From: Hypanus sabinus
Taxonomy: Eukaryota
Length of the DNA stretch: 64,000 nt
Assembly: GCF_030144855.1 (NCBI RefSeq)
Contig: NC_082734.1
Coordinates: forward strand, 30,504,001 to 30,568,000
Direction of reading: 5' to 3'
Made by a program: the position numbers and the translations under genes. The notes beneath the pieces were generated by a model. The model saw only the letters and a program-made list of their open reading frames with translations, did no database searches and was not told the origin of the DNA. Positions 1 through 11,838 of the stretch are shown piece after piece. Positions within the stretch are counted from its first letter, which is position 1; every line of letters begins with the position of its first letter.

Positions 1-719
1 CCACTTCTGATCCTGAGAAAACAGACTCAGCTTGTCTAATTTCTCCTTCTATCTCAAGTTCCCTAAACCAGGCAGAATGTGAATCTTTCCTGAATCCTGA
101 TTGACCAGGTTCCCATTGCACTGTCACAGTCAGAGCTTTATGTAGAACAGAAATAGGGACTTGGTCCCATTGTGTCTATAGCAACAATCGAGTATCTGTC
201 TTCACTAATTCAGCGTTTGGTCTGTCATCGATCATGCCATGGTGATTCAGGTGTTCATCAAGATTGTCCTGATACGTGCCTACACATATTCCATGTTATA
301 ACATCCGCCTGGGCAAATAACAAATTCTTCCTCACATCCCCTCTAAACCTCTTACTCTTTTCCTAAAACCTCTACCTCTTGTCTGACACATTTCTTCCTA
401 TAGTCAGTGTTCTACAGCACAAAAACAAGCTTTTAGCCCAGGTTACCAGTGCCTACATGAGCTGGTCCCATTTGCCTGCAAGTGACCCATATCCATCTGA
501 TTTTTTTCCTATCCTTAAACATATTCTATTTGTCCCCAGCTGCTTCCTTGGCAGCCTATTCTACATATCTGCACACACTGTGTGAAAGAGTTGTCCATCA
601 CATGCTGTTTAAAATATTTCCCCTCTCACTTTAACCCTATTCCCCACAGTATTATACTCCCCTACTCTGCAGCCAACAAAACCCCCTGAGAATGTTCTTT
701 TTGTCCCCATTTCTACATT

Positions 720-1245
720 TTGACACAGTGTGTGGTGGGTACATGGAGCTAGCTGCTAGAGGAAATGGTTGAGGGAGACATGATAACAGCATTTAAAAGA
801 TATTTGGAAAAGTGCATAGGGAATGGTTCGAGGGATAGGGGTCAACTGCAGTCATTGTCCCTAGTTCAGATGAGATGGCTAAAGGGCCTGTTTGTTGTAT
901 TACTCAATGACTCTCGTCTCCTGTTAATGAGAGAATTTTGGATTCCTTAGCTTTAACATCTTGGACTAGCCTTTCATGTGGAACCTTGTCAAAGGCCTTA
1001 CTAAAATCCGTGTAAACCACATCAGTCACACTGTGCTCATCAGTACATTTGATTATCTCTTCAATTGAATTTGCCAGACTGTCTTCCACTGACTGATCCC
1101 TGCAGACCATCCCTGATGAATAATCCCCGTTTTTCCAAGTGCAGATTATTCATGTCCCTTAGAATATTATTCTAATAATCTCCCTGTCATAGATTTTAAA
1201 GTAACTGGTTATTATTGCTGTTACTGTTCTTCAATAAAGATCACA
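720..1245. mobile_element. Degenerate CR1 LINE fragments (3' end on +, RT fragment on -)
   Basis: ORF 765-950 (MITAFKRYL, CR1 C-terminus) and ORF 904-1110 ([21 protein letters not shown]1 RT motif). Confidence 0.75.
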
Positions 1246-1249
1246 TGTT

Positions 1250-3180
1250 TACTGTCTTCTGGTCACCTGGTATCTCCGTTGTGGCCTGTGAACATTTACT
1301 ACCTCCATGAGGACTCCAACACTCTCCTCTTTGCAGCCTGGGACACTTCCATGTTTCACTTCATGCGCCCGCATTTGCCGTAGCACTCTTCTCACTGCAC
1401 CAACATGCTCATTGAAAGTGTTGGTGAACACCAGCATGTCATCCAGGTGTGGTACACTGACTTCGTCTCTTAACCCTTCAAGGCACTCCTCCATGAAACA
1501 TTTGTAGGCTGTGGGTGCATTCATTAGTCCAAAGGGGATTCAAGCTTACTCATAAATGCTCCAAGGGGTTATGAAGGCTGTTAGTAACCTGCTTTCCTTC
1601 ATTATGAATCTCTAATGGTACACTTTCCCCTGATCAAGTAATGAGAGCCAAGCAGTACCTCCTAAACTATCCACTATGTCTTGCACTCATGGACTAGGGC
1701 TGATGGTCACAAATAATTTACCTATTCAGGTCCCTATAGTCAATACAGAGACGAAGGCTTCCATCTTTCTTTCTGACACATGCCATTTGTGAGGTGTAAA
1801 GTGAGTTTGATTTCTCGATCTACCTGTGGACAATTAGGTCATTCAAGAAATCTTCCATTTCGTTGCAGAGGGGTGTTGGAACTGAAATATAAGAGAAGGC
1901 AAACTAATTCATCATCTTTGAGAAGATGCTCAGCTGCAAACCTTTGATACATCCAATTTCATTAATTTTGAAAAGGAGAGACATTCTTCTTGTAGCATCT
2001 GCTGCAGTTGTATATTAAGGTGACTCACATCGACTGGGGGAATCCCATAAATCAGAGTCGAGTTCACGCTTATGTATTTGGTGTCGTGTAGCTGAGTTGA
2101 ATATGATACCTTCTTGTGACAGGGGACATGAAACGTCCCAACATCCCAAGCTCTGTCTTCTCAGCAGCACAACATCATGGTCTGTCCTGTTGTGCACATC
2201 AATAACAGTGTATAGACATGCACAACTCTGGAGTGTTACGAGTGTTTCACACGCTTCAAGGCCACTGTCGGTTCACTTCTGGTACATAGCATTGAAATTG
2301 CATTGTTGTATGTGCTGGTATGTAAATTCTCTCCTTTGTTGTCTTTACTTGATACTCAAAGGGATTCTCAGTGCTAATCAGATTGATGAATACCTTGATT
2401 TTGCTTCTCTTAAGGCTAGGGAATGCAGCTCTTACTGTTTCATACAAAGGTTCTCCCTCACTGTCTTTAAGTCTTTTGTCACTGTCCTTTATAATCTGTT
2501 TAATCACGTTGATAGAATGGGATAGAGGCCTGCCTTTCAGAACCAGATTGATCAATTCTTTTGCACCAGGCAAAGCTAATTTGAAAGTGATGGCACCCAG
2601 TTGTACATATGCACCATTGGTTGCCACCAGCTGTAATGCCTTGGGTGTCTCTACTGCCTCCAAAATGTCCCTCAGTTTAACTCCAGGTAAGTGCCTACTT
2701 TTCCACCGTTTAGCTATGATACACCGTGAACCTGTGTCCCATATCGTTTTACTCTGACACCCCTGTAAGTAGCATTCTACACAGCAATGTTTGCTCACCA
2801 GTGAAGTTACAGACGAGTGTTGATTGACTTAGCACTGCGCAACTATAACACTGGTGGATGGCTGTCTTATTCCTCATATTTTACATCCTGCTAAGTAGCA
2901 CGCGTTGCTACCATAGTTGTAACAGTGGGTGCAAAGTACCTCACACCCTCTCTGCTGATAGTGGAAATGCTTTCTTGTTTGTGGTGAGGCAGGCCACGAT
3001 ACAGACGTATTAGGACTGGTTACTGTTGTACAACTCCGTGCAACTGTGGTAAAAATGAACAATTCTGTACAGCTATTTGACATGGCTGCTGAGCTTCAAT
3101 TGGCAATGCATATGATACTGCTGAAATGAGGGAACATTTTGTTGTGGGGCTGGGTATGACTGAAGCAGAACTGGTTCAGT
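1250..3180 (-). mobile_element. Degenerate Ty3/Gypsy internal region (gag knuckle, protease, RT)
   Basis: Minus-strand pieces: CYNYGSNACYLAGC (decayed knuckle), IWDTGS (aspartic protease), [11 protein letters not shown]...HLDDMLVF (RT YxDD-like); many stops and frameshifts. Confidence 0.8.
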
Positions 3181-3187
3181 AAACTGG

Positions 3188-3815
3188 TAACACACACAAA
3201 ATGCTGGTGGAACGCAGCAGGCCAAGCAGCATCTATAGGAAGACTGTTGAAATTTCGGGCCGAGACCCTTTGTCAGGACTAACTGAAAGGAAAGATAGGA
3301 AGAGATTTGAAACTAGGAGGGGGAAATCCAAAATGATAGGAGAAAACCGGAGGGGGTGGAGTGAAGCTAAGAGCTGGAAAGGTGATTGGCATAAGGGATA
3401 CAGAGCTGGAAAAGGGAAAGGATCATGGAATGGGAGGCTGAGGGAGAAAGAAAGGGGGAGGGGAGCACCAGAGGGAGATGGGAATAGGCAAAGAGTGATG
3501 GGCAGAGAGAGAAAAAAGGGAAGGGATAAATAAATCAGGGATGGGGAAAAAAGGGGAGGAGGGGCATTAATGTTAGTTAGAGAAATCAATGTTCATGCCA
3601 TCAAGTTGGAGGCTACCCAGACAGAATATAAGGTGTTGTTCCTCCAACCTGAGTGTGGCTTCATCTTGACAGTAGAGGAGGCCATGGATAGACATATCAG
3701 AATGGGAACGGGATGTGGAGTTAAAATGTGTGGCCACTGGGAGATCCTGCTTTCTCTGGCAGACCGAGCATAGGGGTTCAGCGAAAAGGTCTCCCAGTAT
3801 GCGTCGGGTCTCACC
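3188..3815 (-). mobile_element. Penelope-like element 3' portion (GIY-YIG end plus terminal repeat)
   Basis: ORF 3573-3854 GETRRILGDLFAE...LPVATHFNS...RLEEQHLIFCLGSLQ; same terminal repeat as the other PLE copies. Confidence 0.85.
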
Positions 3816-3819
3816 CATT

Positions 3820-4700
3820 AGAACATAAGCCGTAGGAGCACAATGGCCCAGCAAATTTGTTCTGCCATTCCACTCCCATCTGACACCTTCAACCCATAAC
3901 TTTTCACACCTTTTTCAAGAACCTATCGAGCTCTGCTTTAAGTAGGCCCAATGATTTGAAGTCATACTAACTGTCCTATGATTTCCATTCTTCTGCCTCT
4001 CTTGCTTCTTAAGGTGTGGAGTAACATTTGCAGTTCTCACGAATTCTTCCAGTGATACTAGTGATGCTTGAAAGATCTCTACTAATGCCTCCACAATTTC
4101 TTCAGCTCCTTCTTTCAGACTCTCTGCTGTAGTCCATCTGGTCCACGTGTCTTGCCTTCAGACCATTCAGCTTCCCAAAAATCATCTCCTTACTACTCGC
4201 AACTACACTCACTTCTCCCCTCGACACACTAAAAATTCTGTTATTCTGCATGTATCTTTGACAGTGATGCAAAATACTCATTAAGTTTGTCTACCGTTTC
4301 TTTGTTCCCCATCTTGCCTCTCCAATGTAATTTTCTTGATGCTTGATATCCACTCTCACCTCTCTTTCAACCTTTATGTATCTGAAAAAAACTTTTGATC
4401 TCCTCTTTGATATTACCTGCATATTTCATCTCTTAGTTTAAAAGCTTCCAATCTTCTAACTTCCCACAACCTTTTGCGAGATTATATGCCCTCTTTTTTT
4501 GCTTTTCTGTTGTCTTTGATAGAATCCCTCTATCTATGGGACACCTCTATCTTTTCTGTGCCTTCTGAAGATTCCTGCCATTGCTGTACTGTTGTTATCC
4601 CTGCTAGTGTCTCCTTTCAATCAACTTTGGCCAGCTCCTCTCTCTCATGCCTCAGTAGTTCCCTTTACTCCACTATATATCTCACATGAAATTCTCTTCT
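3820..4700 (-). mobile_element. Decayed CR1 fragments
   Basis: Similar to the better-preserved CR1 copies in this window (e.g. ...aatgcctccacaatttc...ccatctggtcca...). Confidence 0.6.
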
Positions 4701-5429
4701 CAACTATCCACATCAGTATATATTGTTACCTCTTAAAATTATTTCAATCAAATGAATGTAACGGGATTTTAAGGAACAAGGTCCTGTCAACCGTTTTTCT
4801 TCCTCTTGTAACTTTTATTGAGACCAACATAAGGTGCATTAGCGCCACCTACTGAGTTGGACTGTGGCGCAAAGAGACAGGGAGTATACCCACTAAGTTC
4901 CACCCCCCAACCACAATTAACATCAAAAACTCAAATGTTTTTTGATACATGATATACATTATGATGGCAGTGATATCCTAACAAACTTTCTGTGATCTCA
5001 ATTTGGCAATTAGATGTTTCCTTTGCACCTCATAGGAACTTCATTTAAACATCGATTCTTGACAAGTGTGCTCCCAACAAATGCACGTATCGTGCATATT
5101 AATTGTGAACAAAGAATTGTTCAAACGATTATATTCAATAGATAAATGTGTAAGAAATTCTTCCCTCCTCTTATATCCATCTCCCAAGTGAGTTCTTACC
5201 ATCCCCTGAGTTTTACATAAAAGTTGTCCTTTCTTTTCATCAGTGTTGCCACAATGATCATATTGGCTCTTTTAAAATATGGCTTTCATCTCCCCTTTAT
5301 GCAAAGGCATCATTACATTTATATCCTTAATTGTAAGTGGTTCCTTCAACTCCAACATGAAAAACTGAGAACGAATTAAGGCACAAAATCCGGACGTACT
5401 TGATCCCATTGCAAAGGTAAAATGATAGC

Positions 5430-6236
5430 TGTTACGAACCCGTAGGTTGCATTTGCAGTGAACTGTCACTTTAAGAGAGTGCCTAAGCGAGGCGGGGCTA
5501 TGACNNNNNNNNNNNNNNNNNNNNNNNNNNNNNNNNNNNNNNNNNNNNNNNNNNNNNNNNNNNNNNNNNNNNNNNNNNNNNNNNNNNNNNNNNNNNNNNN
5601 NNNNNNNNNNNNNNNNNNNNNNNNNNNNNNNNNNNNNNNNNNNAGTAGCTTCAGCTTGGCTGGGATCTAGAACTCTCCTATGCCCGCGAGAGTGGGTTGT
5701 TCTTCGAACCAGTGCACATCGAATGCGTGGCTGTCACCTCGTATCATCCGTAGGAGCGGATTTTGTTTGGTATATCCTGTGGATATCCTCAGTATGTGGT
5801 GTGGTAATTAACTTGAAGACGATATCTCTGTGACAAGTCACCTTCGGTGATAATTCCTGTGTGGATTTGGAATGATACGACGGATAAAATCTACGGCGAC
5901 TATTATCTCTTTTCATCGTGCAACCTGTGGAATTCGATGTAATTGCCTTCTCTCTACATTTACTCCGGATTACAAAAATCTCCTATCAATTATTCCGTGG
6001 GTGAACTGAACTTTCCCGACTTTACTATCTCAAGATTCTAAGCCTTGTTCCCCCTCCAAGCTCAATATAGTTTGGGAGTTAAATTTATACACATAACATT
6101 GTTAACTTTTGTTTATCTTGGTTTAAGTTACTATATCAGTACTTACTAATAAAGATAATGGTTTTAACATCAAAACCAGACTGCATGTGTAGTCTATTGC
6201 TGCTAGTTCGTTTCTAAAACGTTACAGTTTGTAACA
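5430..6236 (+). mobile_element. Solo LTR (Gypsy-type) with 4-bp TSD TAGC
   Basis: Starts TGTTAC, ends GTAACA; TAGC at 5426-5429 and 6237-6240; AATAAA near the 3' end; termini resemble the LTR at 33664-34507; contains N-run 5505-5643. Confidence 0.85.
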
Positions 6237-6619
6237 TAGCAAACATCTCAGACACGAATCTCTTCATGGAACTTCCTGTGCCGCTGTTATACTATCATTC
6301 TTCATCTTGATCTTTTCTTGACGGGTGAAATCAACCACAGGCAAAGGGAAAAAAACGTGCAGGTATGACAAAAGGGGATTCACTTGGACCATATTCCACA
6401 TTAAACAACCCAAGATTTTGTGCCCATTCATTTCCCATCCACCCAAAATTGAAGACCTTATCAATGAAGTGCTCCTAACAGTCTACTAATGTCGCCAATA
6501 TTCGATAACCAACTATTTGTCATCTCACGTTAACCTAATAAACCATTGCTGAGTCCTAGAAACTGTATCTTGCCTTGTAAGTTTTCACACAGCCTCGGCT
6601 GTGTTAGGTCCTTTACATT

Positions 6620-6735
6620 GTCCAATCAAAGCGTTAGTTGGGAATCTGAATTTTCATTCGTCCGTACCGACCAATGAAAACCTAATACTCCCGATTCCTC
6701 CTTTGCATAGGGCGGGGCAAGGGCATATTTAATTG
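6620..6735 (+). promoter_or_regulatory. H2B promoter
   Basis: CCAAT at 6622 and 6671; octamer-like CTTTGCAT 6701-6708 (1 mismatch to ATTTGCAT); GC box GGGCGGGG; TATA-like CATATTTAA ~6724. Confidence 0.7.
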
Positions 6736-6784
6736 TAACTCCAACCGGTTTTGTTTATTTGTGAGTCTCGAATTGACTGAAGAA

Positions 6785-7147
6785 ATGCCTGAAACCAAAG
6801 CTCCGAAGAAAGGCGCCAAGAAAGCCGTGTCCAAGGCCAAGGGCACCAAGAGGCGCAGGAGGTCGAGGAAGGAGAGTTACTCCATCTACGTCTACAAGGT
6901 GATGAAGCAGGTTCACCCCGACACCGGCATCTCCTCCAAGGCCATGGGCGTCATGAACTCGTTCGTGAACGATATTTTCGAGCGCATCGCGCGCGAGGCT
7001 TCCCGCCTGGCCCATTACAACAAGCGGTCGANNNNNNNNNNNNNNNNNNNNNNNNNNNNNNNNNNNNNNNNNNNNNNNNNNNNNNNNNNNNNNNNNNNNN
7101 NNNNNNNNNNNNNNNNNNNNNNNNNNNNNNNNNNNNNNNNNNNNNNN
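6785..7147 (+). CDS. H2B: Histone H2B (replication-dependent); 3' part hidden by N-run, stop position inferred
   Basis: [10 protein letters not shown]...[27 protein letters not shown]...[11 protein letters not shown]; ATG at 6785; a canonical 38-residue remainder would end at 7147, inside N-run 7032-7162. Confidence 0.95.
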
Positions 7148-7178
7148 NNNNNNNNNNNNNNNACAAACCGAAAACAAC

Positions 7179-7219
7179 GGCTCTTTTAAGAGCCACTCAC
7201 ACTTTCCATGGAAGAGTTA
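7179..7219 (+). promoter_or_regulatory. H2B 3' stem-loop and histone downstream element
   Basis: GGCTCTTTTAAGAGCC 7179-7194; purine-rich GGAAGAGTT ~7210. Confidence 0.92.
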
Positions 7220-8061
7220 TATTAATGCTTCATTTGATTGCAACGAACTTGTCTTCGGGGTTTTTTACCGTCGCAGGTAATTCTATTCCTGTTTGTAAAA
7301 AAAAATAATTTTTCTACTGTTCGGGAAAATCACTCGTAATTCCCAGCTCACGGCCATTTTGCCCTCTCACTTCCGTATTTTTATCGCCATTTTGTGTCTC
7401 ACACAAAGCTTTAGAGCCGATGAAAGATTTTTGCTGTCGTTGATACTAAATTGTTTTGAATGTTATATATTAACTGCAGTACCCCTGTTTGTAAAAGACC
7501 TGAATCCGATTTCAACTCGATATTACAAGTTTCACTCACGGTCCTTTCACAGAACAACTAACGCTAGTCTCTGCTTCGACTGCAGTTGTGACTCGTCTAT
7601 AACCGGTTGCGTTGTACATAACCCTACCGCGTTCTGTGAATCGGCGTTTATTCCCATCGGAAATAAAAATTAAAATCAAATGATCGCTTGTGTGAGGAAT
7701 CCATTTATTATGAATGGGGGGGATCTTTTGACTGAAATCCTGTTTAGACGTCTGCAGTTGTGTTTGAACTAATGGATAAAATTATAATCTTGGTGGGCTT
7801 TTCACGTTCTGGGGACTCGGGTTAGTCGGGAATGTCACCTGTTCATTGGAGAGTCGGTCCGCTTGCTGGTTTCACCGCTCTGGGAAGCACAGGGGCGAAC
7901 GCCAGAGAATATCCTCAGTTCTGGTAAAACACATGAGGATAAAGGAACTCGGGACTGGGAGGGAGTGCATAGTGCACAGAAGGAAGTTGGTTTCAGGTAA
8001 GGGTCAAGATGTGGCTGGAGAGACTTGTCTGCTCCAGCTGCACTGAACGTACTCCCCCGAG

Positions 8062-8104
8062 CTCAGCCCTTACATAGACACTGTGAGTGGCTCTGAAAAG
8101 AGCC
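8062..8104 (-). promoter_or_regulatory. H2A 3' stem-loop and downstream element
   Basis: Minus strand GGCTCTTTTCAGAGCC (8104-8089), then TAAGGGCTGAG. Confidence 0.92.
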
Positions 8105-8134
8105 TTTGTGTTGCCAGATAGATGTTTCGCAGAT

Positions 8135-8527
8135 CTATTTTCCCTTGGGGTTGGCGGGTCCGCCGGATTTCTTGGGCAAAAGCACGGCCTGGATATTGGG
8201 CAGTACCCCGCCCTGAGCGATGGTCACCCCTCCCAGCAGCTTGTTGAGCTCCTCGTCGTTGCGGACGGCCAGCTGCAGGTGTCTGGGGATGATGCGGGTC
8301 TTCTTGTTGTCTCGGGCCGCGTTGCCGGCCAACTCGAGGATTTCAGCCGTCAGGTACTCGAGTACAGCAGCCAGGTAGACTGGGGCTCCGGCACCCACCC
8401 GCTCAGCATAATTACCCTTTCTCAGGTGCCTGTGAACACGGCCCACCGGGAACTGCAGTCCGGCCCGAGACGAGCGAGACTTGGGCTTGCTCTTAGCCTT
8501 ACCACCGGTTTTCCCTCGTCCTGTCAT
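8135..8527 (-). CDS. H2A: Histone H2A (replication-dependent, 130 aa)
   Basis: Intact intronless ORF with [14 protein letters not shown]...[23 protein letters not shown]...[13 protein letters not shown]; stem-loop downstream; no SQ(E/D)Y, so not H2AX. Confidence 0.98.
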   Translation of the reverse strand: MTGRGKTGGKAKSKPKSRSSRAGLQFPVGRVHRHLRKGNYAERVGAGAPVYLAAVLEYLTAEILELAGNAARDNKKTRIIPRHLQLAVRNDEELNKLLGGVTIAQGGVLPNIQAVLLPKKSGGPANPKGK

Positions 8528-8574
8528 CTCGACAAACTTCTATACAAAGAATAAACCAATTCTTCCGCATTCAC

Positions 8575-8760
8575 TCTTATTGTAGCTTCTGGGGGGGATT
8601 GCCTAATGACACTTACGATTGGTGAAGCAGCACTTTCTCCGGCGGGTGATGTGGAATAGCCCAATCAGCGACCTGTCCAATTCTCCAATCATCAGACGGC
8701 AGCAAGAGAAGCGCCAAAAATAACGGTCACTTCCCTGAAATTTGAAAAGCCCGCCAAGCG
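8575..8760 (-). promoter_or_regulatory. H2A promoter
   Basis: Several CCAAT/ATTGG boxes (8618, 8661, 8677, 8685); E2F-like TTGGCGC and TTGGCGGG followed by TTCAAA. Confidence 0.7.
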
Positions 8761-9084
8761 AAAATAAAATTAATCAATAGGCCTTAACATAAATCAATAA
8801 CAAATTTCTGTCTGAATGCTGATTCCCTGCACTACCAGCTTTTTCATCTCATTGCGGTTTTGTCCATACAGAATGTGCCAGGACTGTCTCTGGGAATTTG
8901 TTTCTTTTGTGTGAAAATGCATTCGAATATAGACGTGTCACTATTTCTCAAACAGTGGCAAGCACGGATCTCAGCCTCACTTGGATGTGCTCATTCAGCC
9001 CCTGACAAGTGGAGAGGGACGAAGTGTAGCTCTGTGAGTGAGTGTGGGGAGAGGTGGTTGTGGAGGATGAGTGGACCAGGGAGT

Positions 9085-9420
9085 CACAGAGGGATTCAGC
9101 CCTCTATAATCAATGCGTGGCTACAGGCTCCTGTCTTTGCTCTGTACAAAGAAGTCTGCACCCCCTGGTGAGGCGCAGTGCCAAATGATTCTCATGGCAA
9201 GAGCCTCCTTTATGTACTCCTCCATATCGTTTCTCTCCAGGTCTGAGAGCATGTATAATCAACCCCGTGGAGGGCATACCAGGCAGTGGATCTATAGCAC
9301 AGTCAGAGGAAGAGTCCAAGGTTTTCCTTTATAGAAGACTCCTTGCAGATGGAATGGTTTACAACCAGTTTGGATGTTGCAACTCCCCCAAGAACCTCCT
9401 TCCAAAGACATCTCTTTAGG
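9085..9420 (-). mobile_element. Gypsy (chromovirus/sushi-like) RT N-terminal fragment
   Basis: Minus strand reads LSDLERNDMEEYIKEALA... then, across a frameshift, FFVQSKDRSL*PRIDYRGLN, matching the sushi-type ...FFVxKKDGSLRPCIDYRGLN. Confidence 0.7.
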
Positions 9421-9829
9421 TAGCAGGGAAGATTAGGCAGACCTCAGAGTTCCCTCCATATGTTCACTGGAGTCTTAGTTGAAACAGAGAGCACATCAGA
9501 GTCCAGTTCCACATCTGTATCCTCAGACAATGGCACCGAGGTGCTCCAAATGGTCTTTCTGCTCCTGGGACTCAGCTCCAAGTGTCTACATTTAGGAGCC
9601 TTTTCCTCACACAGTACCTGGTAACTGGATCCATTAGGTCTGGCTGCTAGAGCTCCAGACTGCTTGGGCACCTCCTTAGCTTGCTCCCAAACTCCTAAAC
9701 CAGTTCATGATTCCTCTTTTTTTTCCTGATTTTAGGTAGTCCGAACCAGCTCAGGAACATACAAGATCATATTAGACTGATTTCAACCTGTATTTCCCAA
9801 TTGAAATCAGTCTCGTAGACAAACTTTAA

Positions 9830-11838
9830 TTTCACTGTTGATGCACAAAAGAAAAGCTAAATGTGTTGATTCCCACCTTATGGGGGAAAAAAGGAGACTG
9901 AACAAAAATATTGGCACAAACTTCCAGAGCGAATAATTGAAGTTGTAAAGTTTTTAGCAGAACGAGGCCTTTCATTTTGTGGTAGTGATGAAACTGTTGG
10001 CTGTCCTTATAATGAAAATTACTTAGGGTTGTTAGAATTACTGGCCATGTTTGACCCTTTTCTGGCAGAGCATATAATTGCTCATGCAAACCAAGGAAGG
10101 GTATGTAAAACAACATGTATTGAAAACAACATGTGAGGAACTCATCAATCCGATTGGATCCAACATACTGGATCATATTATCGGTGTGATTCTGCTCCAG
10201 ATATATCTGATGTGGACCAGCTGACTTTGACTGCGCGCTATGTTTTGCTGTCTGGACCACTTGAAAGATTTGTGAAGTTTTTGGCTCGCTCAAAGTTTCC
10301 TTGACTTTTTAAAGGGAAATAAAATCGATATAAAAGACTGCCGTGGTCAAAGTTATGACAATGCCAGCAACATGAGTGGCAAGTATAGTGGCTTATGAGC
10401 ACAAATTAAAGAGCTGAATGAGTGTGTGGATTAGATTCCATGTTTTGCACATTCACTAAATTTGGTTGGAAAATGTGCTGCTGAATGTTGTCAAGAAGCC
10501 TTAATTTTCTTTCAATTTGTAGAAAGCCTGTACACATTTTTTTCTGCTTCTACTTATCGATGGGATTTCCTTTCTGCTGCATTATCTGATGGTGGAGCTC
10601 ATTTGCCCATTGTGAAAAGAATGTCAGATACCAGGTGGTCAGCTCGTGCAGATGCAGCAAAAGCACTTTTACACAGCTTTACTGCAATAAAACAAGTCTT
10701 ATTTCAAATAACAATGATCAGAAGGCAGAGTGTCGACAACAGGCTCATGGACTACTTTCAACCATGAAATTGGAAACAGAAATAATGGTCATATTGTGGG
10801 ATCAAGTATTACAGTGTTTTCAAATGACCAGTGCTTCTTTGCAATCTTCTGGCCAAGACTTGAACACAGCTTGTGCACGTCATGAATCCTTGTGTGGATA
10901 TATTCAAGCTATGCGGTCTACTTTTTCAGACATCGAGCAAAAAGCCAAGGACCTGACTAAGTGTGAAGATTATCAACAGCAAAATCGAAGACAGCACAAG
11001 CAAAATAGCGCATATGGTGATTTCCGTGGTTCCAGCACTTTTGATCCGCTTGTTGAATCTCAAACGCCTTCTCGGAAGTTTAAAAGTCAAACATTTCTTG
11101 CCATTATTGACAGTTTGCTTTCTGCCCTATCAAAAAGACAGAAAGCTTATCTAAAGGTGTTTTTGGATTCCTTCAGTCATTTACACCTGAACAGGTCATA
11201 AAGAGGTCATCAAATCTTATTAAATCAGATCCAGAAGATCTGGAAGAAAGTCTTGATGAAGAATTTGTGCAGTTTACTGAACTGTTGAAAGCTGATCTTG
11301 CTTTGCATTTTGCTGCCAAACAAGACCTCGTACAGTTGTACTGTTTGATAACTGACAATTCTTTGGAGTCATGTTTTCCAAATGTAGAAAATGCCTTGAG
11401 CATCTATTTGTCACTCATGGTTACCAACTGCAGTGGAGAACGCTCATTCTCAAAACTGAAAAGGATTAAAAATGCACTAACGAGCACCATGAGTCACAGA
11501 TTGAACAATCTCACTCTGATGAGCATTGAACATGAACTTCTGCGTGAGATAGACATTTACAGTATCATCAACAAATTTGCTCATGCTAAATCTAGAAAAT
11601 GTAACTTTTAAATTGTAGTTTTGTTACTGTTGACATTTGAAATTGATACATGTAAGTAATACTATTACTGAAGTGTCAGACATTTGTCGTATTATCTGGC
11701 TGTATAGCAAATGAAAAAATTGAACTAGTTTACTATGCAAGTAAATAATTTATGTTTTAATACTTATGTGCATTTTTAAAATTTGGGGCCCCTTTATAAC
11801 ATATGCTACAGGCCCCAGACTAGCTTAATCCGGCCCTG
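9830..11838 (+). mobile_element. hAT DNA transposon (ZMYM1/DUF4371-like transposase), 5'-truncated, inactivated
   Basis: NYLGLLELLAMFDPFLAEHI; CRGQSYDNASNMSG; IPCFAHSLNL (CxxH); SDTRWSAR; dimerisation domain FPNV...TNCSGERSFSKLKRIKN; right terminus ...GCTTAATCCGGCCCTG at 11838. Confidence 0.9.

Noticed and set aside
4950-5400. Possible L1/Tx1 C-terminal remnant
   Set aside because: Too decayed to support by eye
6761-7189. 142-aa H2B ORF with N- and C-terminal extensions
   Set aside because: The GTG start is upstream of the real ATG (6785), and the extension results from reading through Ns
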